Shown here: piece by piece, positions 12,120-22,340 of the stretch
Layout of the letters: the number at the start of each line of letters is the position of its first letter
Position numbering within the stretch: the first letter of the stretch is position 1
Assembly: GCA_049999805.1 (NCBI GenBank)
Contig: JBNGIO010006237.1
Coordinates: 1-32,851, forward strand
Source of the DNA: Folioceros fuciformis
Lineage: Eukaryota
Length of the DNA stretch: 32,851 nucleotides
Direction of reading: 5' to 3'
Made by a program: the position numbers and the translations under genes
Notes under the pieces: model-generated
What the model was told of the DNA's origin: nothing
The model's input: the letters and a program-made list of their open reading frames with translations, nothing else
Databases searched by the model: none

Positions 12120-13537
12120 TGGTCACCTCTCTATTAATGCTGTGTGTCTTGCAAAATTGCAGGAAGGCATTGGATCTATATTCTCCTCCTCCATCTGAAC
12201 GGAGTGTTAGGAGTTTCTCTCCTGTTTGCGTTTCAGCCCAAACTGTGTATTCTTGGAAGTAGGTGAGGGCTTGAGATTTGTGCTTTAGCAGATACAGGAT
12301 GGTGAACCTACTCATGTTGTCTATGACCAACATGAAATATAAGTATCCGTGAATGGATCTCTTGAAGGGTCCACAAATGTCTGAGTGTGCTAACTCTAGT
12401 CCTCTTGTGGATCTGCTAGTGGATTTAGTGAAAGGAGTACAGTGGCTCTTCCCAAGTGAGAATACCTCACAGATGCCGAACTCCTCCACATTGGTGCCTT
12501 TAGCTGCGCCTGCTGTAAGCATTTGTTTCATCCTTTGTACCCCCATATGGCCAAGTCTTGCATGCCATAAATATGATTTGTTGTGCTTGTCTACGGTAGA
12601 TAATGAAAGAACAGGGTTATGACTTCTGTCCATGTTGAGATGATACAGGTCATCGTTCTTGAGGTCTCCAGTGGTGATTAGCTCTCCTTGAGGTGTCTCC
12701 ACAACGCAATGGCCTTGTCCAAAACATACATAGCAGCCAGATTCATCAATTTTACGGACTGAAAATAGGTTTTTGGTTAGTCCTAGAACGAGTAGGTCGT
12801 CTAAAATTTGGAGTGTGCTTCCTGGCTTTAGGTTTAAGTCTACTGATCCGTGTCCTTCTATGGTGTGCCTTGTATCGTCACCCAAGCTGACGAAATGAGG
12901 AGGCTTAGAGGGTGTGAAGTCTTTGAAGTATTCTCGATGTGGGGTCATATGCTGTGACGCCCCTGAGTCTATGTACCAGGAATGCTGGCCTTGAGCAGTT
13001 AGGCATGAGGCAACCAGGGCTGATGGTGATGAGTCTTACCAAGTTTTTTGTAGGCATAGGAATGCCTTTGAATGTCTTTTCATGGTTAAAGCTAACTGGC
13101 CTGATGCTTCTCCTCTGTCTCTTCTTTAATTGTTGTTTGCCATGCGTTTCCAGCACTCATCATAAGTATGGCCCGAAATCTTGTAGTAGCCGCATATTTT
13201 TCTCCAACTTGGGTTGAAGCTGCCACGTCCTCTAGAATAAGAACCTTTGCCCTTGTGTTGCTGTTGGCCTCTAAAGTTGGGCCGGCCACGACCTCGAGCT
13301 CTACCTCTACTTGTGAAGTAGGCGGCACTTGACGATTCTCCGCCGAAGGAGGTAGCGAATACTTTTCTCCTTGCTTCTTCTCTCAACATTGCATTGATCA
13401 CTTTGTTAACCGTGAGTGGGGCTGCACCTTGTAAGGACTAGACTACGGAGATCCATGATTCAGGTAGAGTGGACAGCAATATTGCTACCATTAAATCTTC
13501 AAAGATGGTGAAGCCGCATGATTGGAACTTGGCATTA

Positions 13538-13571
13538 CCCACAACATGTTTGTCTACAAACATGTTGTGGG
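13538..13571. repeat. Perfect 16-bp inverted repeat with 2-nt loop
   Basis: cccacaacatgtttgt-ct-acaaacatgttgtggg. Confidence 0.95.
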
Positions 13572-14481
13572 AAAGTGATGGATGGAGTGATGGTTTCCTA
13601 TGGGGCTACTTATTTAGTCCCACATCAATTTTCATCTTTGATTGTATTTTCTTTTTTTCATATTTTCAATTATACCAGTTATTTTTGTACCTTTATTTTC
13701 ACTGGATATTTTTATCCTTTTAATAATATATATATAATTAAATGTATAATCTGAAATTTAAAAAAATTATAATATCTCTCCCTCCAACTTTACCCCATGG
13801 TACTATGCGAAGGCAGGCAAGCGCGCCGCTCTTACAAGAGGCCGCTTATTTGCGTCTTGAACCCTACCCCCGGCCACCGCCGCTCCAGATCCAATCGCAG
13901 ATGACTGGAAGCCGTGGACGGGCCTAAAGGAAACCAACCATACGTATCTGACAAGTTTCAAGTCCTGGCACGGCCTACACCCTACAGGTTGTGTATGTTC
14001 CATCGCATCCAATCGTGCAAACACCTTCCAGCTGCAGCGTTTTAGACAGTAGCTTAACATTGCTTGCTTAAACTCGTGAAGTCCAGGCTGCGGGCCTTCT
14101 GCTCTTCACATCTCAACCAAGCACCGAGATTCTGATCCATAGATATTTAATCGCATGGTTATTTGATGCCGGTTTTACGAAGGATGTGAAGAACACGATG
14201 CATTACTTCTAGACTGCACACGATTGCCAGCATCTACTGGCCGAAAGGAGCTCGTTGGAACATACACTCGTGTTAGGTGTATGCCCATGGAAAGGCTTTA
14301 AATAACAACGACGGACAACGCAGAGAGCCGCAGTAGCTACGGACAAATTCGATAGCTATGGTCGGACGGCAGCGAGATGCAGAGACGAGGAAACAGTGGA
14401 ATATGAGCTGGCTCATGCAAATATTGGATTGGGGACTCAGCCTTCACCAAAATTGTTTCTGGCGCACACTGGAGTATTGCG

Positions 14482-17220
14482 ATGACGACCTCTCCAACTC
14501 ACAGTAGCCATGTAGATGGTCAATCTTCAGAATCCAATCATGCTCTGTCGACGACTCCTGCAAGCATTGTGCCAGAGCATCCAGAGCACCAAACTCTGAA
14601 CTTGCCTGCGGTGGACAACGATAGCACAAATGACGACATCATCAAGGAGTCGGCTTCTGTTGCTGTGGAGGCTCAGAAAGCAAAGCGAGTGGCCTCCCTG
14701 GACGCATTTCGAGGCCTCACCGTCCTTGTAAATGGGTTCTCACCAGCCAAACTTGCCTTCCGAGCATTTGTACTTTGACAAGTGAACCTGTCTCCTGTTT
14801 CAATTTGTCCCAGAGTGATCAGCTTTCATACGTGCCTCTGAAATGTGAACAATTCCTTGCGACTCTGGTGGTTTGCCAGATCATGATACTGGTGGATGAT
14901 GCCGGGGGCTATTGGCCACAAATAAATCATTCTCCTTGGAATGGAGTTACTCTCGCCGACGTTGTAATGCCCTTCTTCCTTTTCATTGTGGGCGTCGCTA
15001 TAGCTCTTGCTCTCAAGGTACAGCACCATTGTTTTGCAAGGCTGTTCAAAATGTCAACCAGTATTCCGTTTCAGGCCTGTTGACGAGGTCAATTGATCGA
15101 CACGACCGTGGGTGTTGATGTGAAGAGAATTCCGGACAAAGCAAGGGCCTCACGCAAGGTAATCCTGCGCACCATTAAGCTTTTTATCTGGGGGCTCCTG
15201 CTACAAGGTTGATACCCTGGACACAGCCCTCTGCAAGTTGGAGTAGACAAAGGTACTGATCTTTCTCTCAGTGGCATCTGTCCAAACTTCACAAATTTAT
15301 GCGATGATATCAAACAGGGGGCTACTCTCATGCACCCGACGACCTTAGCTATGGAGTGGACATGAAACGCATCCGTTGGATGGGCATCCTGCAGGTATAT
15401 GTGAAAGATGAATTCCCTCCTCCACATCTCGGCTGAGCCTTTCCTTTCCCGACGGTGCTGACTCTAGGCAGGATGGTGTTTCGTCCTTCCAACCAGAGAA
15501 TTGCCATTTCATATTTCGTGGTTGCCGTGATCGAAATTGCAACAACTAGGAGTGGAAACTTCGAACTAAAGAAAGGACCTTTGGCAATATTCAAGCGCTA
15601 CAGATATCACTGGTGAAGTAAAGTCTTTTGAGAAACGTCGTTCCGTGTGCCCTTCAAGACTTGCACACGTGATTCTAAAATGTTCTCCATTTGACATTGC
15701 CATCACAGGTATGCGGCAGCAGTTATACTTGTCGTCTATCTTAGCCTAGAGTATGGACTTTACGTGCCTGATTGGCATTTTGATGCTCAGGGCACCCAAG
15801 ATGATGTCCCCGGTCCAAGACTCCATGTAAACTTGCTACTGACCTGAGCTATCGATCACTGTTGACTTCAAGCATGAAGCTCATGTGAGAAGAAATTGAA
15901 CTCAAGTTTGTGAATCACAGGTGGAGTGTGGGGTGAGGGGACATGTGGGACCTGCCTGTAATGCTGCGGGATATGTAGACCGTGCTATTCAAGGAGTGAA
16001 CCACCTTTACATCTATCCTGAATTGACTCGAACCCAGGTACGATCACAAGAGCTCCAAGCATTTTGCATCAAAACCTTGAGCATATGCAGGTTTCCCATC
16101 TCGAACCATCGTGCTCCAAGTGAGCTGACAATATTGAAGCTATTGTTCAGGCTTGTAGCCTAAGCTCACCCGCTGACGGAGACCCTCCTCCCAATGCCCC
16201 AACCTGGTGTCAAGGCCCATTTGAGCCAGAAGGCATCCTTAGGTTAGGAAACGTCATGTTCATGACTTTATCAGTCTTACAGAGGTACTGAGACCTACGT
16301 CGTATGTACTTGACTTGCTCATGTGTGGCTTTCAGCTCGGTATCAGCTATTCTTAGCTGCCTGCTGGGAATCCATTATGGTCACGTCCTTATCCATTACA
16401 AGGTAAGAAAACCTCATCCATCCAATTGATTTTGTTCCCACCACTAGGAGTCTCCACAAGTTAACATGCTTGCCACCTGCTTTCTGTGTGGGTTTGGCAG
16501 GGCCATGTAAAGAGGCTGATACATTGGGTCGCACCTGCAGTAGCGTTTATACTGTTGGGCACTGTTCTTCACTTCTCCCATGGTGAGTAATGCTTGCTTT
16601 GGCCACCATCTGTGGTTCTTGAGTGGCAACCTAAACACTATGCCTTGCAGCAATACCCATCAACAAGCAGCTGTATAGCGTAAGCTACGTTGCTTTCACT
16701 GGAGGAGCTGCTGGATTGCTGTTCTCAGCCCTCTATATTCTGGTAGGTCATAAATTCTGCACACTAATGTTTTCCAGCTTCACGAGAGAAGAGTGGCCAT
16801 CTTCGTTTAACATGAGGCCCTTGCTCCTGAACCTGTCGGCCAGATTGATTTGTACAGCATCAGAAAGCCAACGGCATGGTTGGAATGGGTGGGCATGAAT
16901 GCCATGCTGGTCTTTGTTCTGGGAGCTCAAGGCGTCCTCTCGGGTTTTGTCAAGGGCTTCTACTTTCATTCTCCGGGCAATGATTTGGTGAAGTCTTATG
17001 GACGATGCAGTGTTTGCCTTTGCTGCCAAGAATCGTAGCGAGACCCTATGAGCTGATACTATCCTGGATGCAGGTGTGGTGGATCCAAAAGCATATCTTT
17101 ATCAAACCGGTGGGGTCGACAAGGGTTGGAATACTCTTGTATGTGCTTTTCGGAGAGATCCTTTTCTGGTGCGTGGTCTCCGCACTCTTGCACTGGAGGG
17201 GATGGTACTGGAAGCTGTGA
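14482..17220 (+). CDS. HGSNAT: Heparan-alpha-glucosaminide N-acetyltransferase-like membrane protein, 13 exons, about 505 aa
   Basis: Exons 14482-14727, 14880-15017, 15126-15207, 15318-15394, 15497-15612, 15709-15826, 15921-16037, 16151-16242, 16336-16402, 16501-16582, 16651-16742, 16844-16987, 17074-17220; all GT-AG and frame-consistent. Motifs RVASLDAFRGLT, HSPWNGVTLADVVMPFFLFIVG, GILQRIA, CNAAGYVDR, PFEPEGILS, PINKQLYS, GMNA, WYWKL. Confidence 0.93.
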
Positions 17221-17305
17221 CATCCATGACCAAATCCTGCACATATATCGGACTAATCAGTGCATAGGCAGTCCCAAATCTCCTTCCGCTTTTTTTTGCT
17301 GGAAG

Positions 17306-18771
17306 ATGGCCGTGTGTCCTGTGGTTGCCTCGACACCACGTCCTTCCTCCTCTTTTGCCGACGCAGTGTGCACGCTAGCGCAAATCTGTTCACTTCTCTT
17401 CAGCATTCTTCTCACGTTCTGCCTCTCGTGCGGGCAATCGCTTCACCTTGGCGCTCGCAGCGTTGTCCCGTTGGTCAAGTCGGTCTTCAAGGACCGACAA
17501 GGGAGACGGCACAATGATTGTCAACACGAGGCAAATGGGAACTGCAGATCACAGACCCAGACGGAGGGGGAATGGGAAGGACTTGTGGCGGATACGCAGA
17601 AGTTGAGCAGCAATCTGATCTACGAAGGCAGAGTGTGGCACGAGAGGCGGCATCCCGTGGTGCACAAGTTCGAGTACGGGGTTCGATACGCCTTTGTGAA
17701 TTTGGACAATCCTCCGTCCTGGTATCTGTCATCTGCTGCCAAAGAGCATTTGGGCGCTGAGCAGGCTCGCAGCATATCAGGGACGTCGGGACCAGTGTAG
17801 GCATTGTGGTCGCTTTTCCGGGGGAGCTGACTTGAGCTGCTCGACTATGTACCTGGTCCTGGTTGGTAGCCGATGGGTTCCCAGTGCTGAATCTGCTGTT
17901 CGTGGTGCAACAGATACCTGCTTACTTTGCTCAGAAGTGTGGGCTACGAGCAGAATCCCCTCAGTGTCTATTACTGCTACGAAGCAGATGCTGGAGACCT
18001 TGTGAAATGCATAGCCGAGGTATGTCAGTTTGCACTTAAGCAAATATTGTTGTGGCCGCATAGTTTCCTTGGTTGGCTCTGCATTGCATGTTGTCTTGCA
18101 GCTCATTGTTCTTCATTCAGGTGACTAATACACCATGGGGTGAGAGAGTCACCTTTGTATTCGAGCCCAGGGTTGACACAGTAGCCAAACCCCTCCACGT
18201 CAGTCCATTCATGGTATTCCTCATTGCCCTTACATCCAGCTACATTGCAGCTGCGTAGTCTGTTTACAGACATTCAACCCAGCAAGCTGGTGTTGTTTAC
18301 AGGACATGCTAGGGTCATGGCGGATGCTGGCTTCGGCCCCTGGGGAGACCCTACAGCTCACCATCCAGGTGCAGCATCCTCAGCTTGGAGATTACTTCGT
18401 CGCTAACCTGCGAATGAAGAGAGTGGATGACAAGAGCATCGGCAGTCCTGAGGTGTTTCTGTGGCTCATGCCTCACAAGGTTGCCCTGTGGATCTACTGG
18501 CAGGTGCGTAAATTGTACACTCTGGCCTGTCTCACCTCCTGACCGTCCAGTGGTCTTTCTCATTGCCATCAACTGTGGCTGTTTTGGCTGCCAGGCAATC
18601 ATGCTGCTGTGGAAAGGGCTGAAGGTGCAGCCGCATCCCAAGGACGTCGATGGCTCAGCTTATCGCAACCGGGCTCGAGCAAGAGATGCTGAACTGCGAT
18701 CCAGTGAAAGCCAAGAACCGACAGCCCGTCTGTTCAGATGGAGAGAGGCTGCAGGTTGGCCTTGGACATGA
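17306..18771 (+). CDS. DUF1365 family protein, 5 exons, about 355 aa
   Basis: Exons 17306-17796, 17914-18019, 18121-18213, 18303-18503, 18595-18771. Motifs YEGRVWHERRHPVVHKFEY, GYEQNPLSVYYCY, AEVTNTPWGER, KPLHVSPFM, IYWQAIMLLWKG..HP. Hydrophobic N-terminal segment; start codon inferred. Confidence 0.9.
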
Positions 18772-19013
18772 TCACTGGGATCCTTGGACTCCTTTCCTTA
18801 TGTGCAAGCCGGATTCTTATTATTCGTTCTTGGGCTTTCCACGTTCCTCTTGTTCAATTGTAAAGAGATTCCCTTCGTTGCACGGCAAGTTCGTTCCTGG
18901 CTTCGAGATGGCAGAATATTCTAGGAAATGTCGTTCGGCTTCCCGGATATCGTTAGGGCTTATCCGCACGGTGGATTAGAAGTTGAGGTGCGGTAGTGGA
19001 ACATCGTCTCGCC

Positions 19014-19818
19014 ATGGAGCGCTTGCTGGCTTACGATAGTGTCATCACTCCCTTGGGGCCACTGATCTTGGGAGCATCCGCCACAGCCCTGCACTCTGCC
19101 GCGTTCGGCACGCTGCCGACTGGTGGTCTGACCTCGCCCACAGATGGCCATCCGGTGCTTGCTTTGGTAGGTGTCAGGCAGGCTGTGTGTGATGTTGTTG
19201 CTGGGGTGGGAGTTTTCTTCACGTTTTAATCGTCTGCGTGAGAGCACGTCTGCGGTTGCACGTAAGGTGTGGCCGGTTGATTTGACACGGGAGTTGAAAG
19301 GGAAGCATCATGGTGGTTGTCCCCTCAAGCTCATAGTGTAGCTGGTGCAGCTAAGTTGTAGCCTACTTCTAGCGTTGAGGTGTCGGCCCTTCACATTAGG
19401 GCAAGGGGAAAGTAGTGAGCCTGCATTGATTTGATGTCTTGTGGTTTTGAGACAGGCCAAGCAGCAGGTTCAGGAATATTTCAATGGGCAGCGGAAAGAG
19501 TTTGACATACCGCTGTGCTTGGAAGGCACCCCGTTCCAGAAGAAGGTGTGGTCTGTGCTACAGCGGATAGAGTTTGGCCAGCGAATCTCGTACCAGGAGC
19601 AGGCAAAGATGATGGGAGAACCAAGCAAAAGTAGGGCCGTTGGAGGAGCGAATGGTAAAAATCCTATCTGCCTCATCGTGCCTTGCCACCGTGTTGTAAG
19701 AAAGGAAGCAGGTAACCTTGGAGGCTATGGCTACGGCCTGCACGCCAAACAGTATTTGCTAGATTGGGAATCTGGTATATGCGGTAAGGGGAGGGGAGCA
19801 GCGTCTGAAGGAAGCTGA
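19014..19818 (+). CDS. MGMT: Methylated-DNA--protein-cysteine (O6-methylguanine-DNA) methyltransferase, 2 exons, 171 aa
   Basis: Exon 1 19014-19166 (YDSVITPLGPLILGAS, N-terminal domain), phase-0 GT-AG intron, exon 2 19456-19818 with GTPFQKKVW, ISY, RAVGGANGKNP, IVPCHRVV, LGGY and KQYLLDWE. Confidence 0.93.
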
Positions 19819-21936
19819 GAGCCTCGGAGGTGCGAGTCCGACGTGTGAGCTGACTAGGCTCTACCGTGGGAGGACATGATCCAGGCGGGAAAGGTGGATC
19901 GACTACGATCTCCAACAAAAGGCCTGGAGAGCAACAGCTTTGATGTTGGGCGCGCAGTGAACAGTTAGTTAGCCTAATTTAGTGTGCGTTTGCAGCTGCA
20001 GCGGTCGCAGGCTGCAGATTGGACGTGCTGGTTGGGTGGACATTCTGGTAGGGTCAAAGAGAGCCAAGTCTCGTAGATGAGGCGAAGGAGCTGGCCGTCT
20101 GACTGATACAGAAAGGTGTAGATCTCATCACAATCAGGTGCTGTTATTGTGGTGAGTGGATAGTTTCTGTCGGATGTAGCCTGTCAAGGTAGTGCCTGCA
20201 CCCCCCTGGAACACGAGGGGTACGAAGTCCCTTGATCTGGGGAACGCGTGATCTCTCGTGTTATTTCGGCGTCATAGGCGCTGCCTACTGGGAGGCCTCC
20301 AGTTGTCGGCGTTGGCAGTCAGGGCACATCAAATGCTTTTATGACAAGGCTTTCTAGTATCTACACTGGCATCCACGGCTCCTCCGAGTGGCACCAAACT
20401 GGAGATTTCAGGTCTGGTGGTGCTCGCTCGTGGAGCCTGCAGGTAGAAAGAGGCGGAGTCGGATGCTCCGTACCACGGCGGAAGTGGACAGTGGGAGCGA
20501 ATTCTGGACATGGTCGGGACAGGCGTCTACCTGGGGAGTTGCATCCTCCATGAACCAAAAGTCCCGTCTCCGATGTTTAATGTATCTAAATTATGAATCT
20601 CCTGTTCGCATCTAGGGCTGTCCTGGGCCCGGCTTCATTCTTACGCGGAACTCGTTCTCGGGGTCATCTGCCACGCGGGGTCATAGCCAATTTCGGAGTT
20701 GGCACTGCGCCTCCGTCTCATCCGACCGGCGTGTGAAAGCACACACCTCATCTCTTGTTGCGAATGGCCCTTACCCGAAGGCTCTTTTGTGGTCCTTCCG
20801 CTTCACACCGCGACGCTCCTCCTCGTTTCCGTGCGGGACACTGGAAGGCAAGCCGACTTCGTAACCCCCGCGACTATGTCACGCGTCCAGACGGCTTGCT
20901 CGGTTCTCGTGAGTGTTTCTGCACTAGCCTGCTTTTCACCATGTGCCCCCAACCTAGTCAAAAATAATGACGTGCTGCTGCCCCCTGGGCCACACCTCAT
21001 CTCATTCATCTTCCTCCCCATCGTCACCTTTCTCTTGTGGTCCAAGGTACCTTGGTTTCCATTCTACATTTTCTTTGTGAGGAGGAGCACAGCCATCCAA
21101 GATGGGTTCTGATATTCTAAAATCATTACAAGAAAAGGAGATAGTATATTCTACACAACTCAAGTTTCAACTACCACACACTTCTGGACGCTCACCCAAA
21201 TTTTTTAGAGGAAAAGTTTCATGCACACTTGCTAAGTGTTTGTTGTGACGCCTGAATCGTGATCCTTGGACTCAAGTCCTCTTCAGTCATGGGTGAAGTA
21301 TTAAAACGTATGTCAATGCAGTAAGGGTGTATAAAACTGTGAAATTAACTTAAGCCTCACAACACTGAAAGAAAGGGGCTTCTTATTCTAAGATCTTCTT
21401 CTCCTTCGTCGTCTTCTTTGCAACATTCAACTCAGAGCCTTCGCTACCTGCCGTGGTGGTGGTGCGAAGCATTTGTAGCTGCTGTACTCTTGGTGCTTGG
21501 GGAAAATCGCCCCAGTACGGCGTTAGGATTGGCTGACGCGTGAGGCCACATGTGACTTGACGCGCTCACCGGGATGGGCGTCCAGTAAGGTGGGTAAGGG
21601 TGGGAAGGTGAGCCTATGTACACTGTATGTACATATGTAGGAAGCAAAGGATAGGCCAAAACGCGGCCCGGGTTTGTCCGCAAGCGCCATCTTGTAGAGA
21701 GGAGGAGGACAGTGTTGGAAGTCACCAGCTACCTACTCACCCTTGTAATGAGGCCCACTTCTGGCATGGAACAGCCCAAGTGTCCCAAGCGTACACGGGC
21801 GTGGGAACGGGGTTTTCGACTCACCTCACAGCCCACAGCTGCTCGCATTTAATATGGCGTCTAAACCACAACCATCCAAACGGAAAGACGCAGGTGAGGC
21901 AAATCCGAGGTGCCGTTCATTTTAACACGGTGCCTT

Positions 21937-21942
21937 TATAAA
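21937..21942 (+). promoter_or_regulatory. Candidate TATA box of the kinase gene
   Basis: TATAAA about 400 nt upstream of ATG 22341, at the start of a GC-rich leader. Confidence 0.35.
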
Positions 21943-22340
21943 GACGATGCACTCGCCGCGTGGCTCGCGTTCTGAGTTCGCGCTTCCCTTCCACAGTGCA
22001 GACTCATATCTGTGCTCTGCTCCGGGAGGAACACTGATACTTCTCCTTGTTGGTGCCACCCCCGCCCCGGCTTCACACCTGTGGCGAATGTTTCGAAGAA
22101 TGTTCGGGCCGGAGCGGGCGCGGTAATGCGGGCATTGAGGCTGGAAGTACTGGGGGACAGGGAACGGGTCATGCTGCCTGCTGCCTGACCCTCGAGCCCG
22201 CTTGCACACGGGCAGATGGCGTTCTGGGACACCAGGGAACGGGCTCCATGAGCTCCTGGAAGGTTGAGAAGGACGGGTTCTTGGTTTAGGCTCGCGGGCG
22301 TTTGCTCTCTGCTTGCCTTTCCCTTGCCTGGCGCTGCTTC

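Larger units (their letters stand above)
9066..13497 (-). pseudogene. Disrupted Copia gag-pol of element 2
   Basis: ORF fragments 13126-13401, 12088-12948, 11267-11695, 10285-11304, 9682-10275 and 9066-9401 carry colinear gag/PR/IN/RT/RH motifs. Confidence 0.92.
8539..13500 (-). mobile_element. 5'-truncated decayed Ty1/Copia element (element 2)
   Basis: Minus strand: gag remnant (LLSTLPESW, LREEARR), PR/GAG-pre-integrase LWHARLGH, integrase HSDICGP/LRSDGGGEY, RT LDIKTAFL/YVDD, RNase H YYDNQG/TKHIEVQFHF. PPT AGTGGGAG at 9010-9017, then an LTR. No 5' LTR or PBS. Confidence 0.92.

Noticed and set aside
13538-13571. Hairpin as a Helitron 3' end or intrinsic terminator
   Set aside because: No CTRR terminus shortly after the stem on either strand, and bacterial terminators are irrelevant here.
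19014-19818. Bacterial contamination as the source of the Ogt-like gene
   Set aside because: It has a frame-preserving GT-AG intron and is contiguous, with no gap, with multi-exon plant genes.
19820-21900. Short ORFs between MGMT and the kinase (e.g. 20699-21112)
   Set aside because: No recognisable motifs or consistent exon chain; a decayed gene or lncRNA cannot be excluded.
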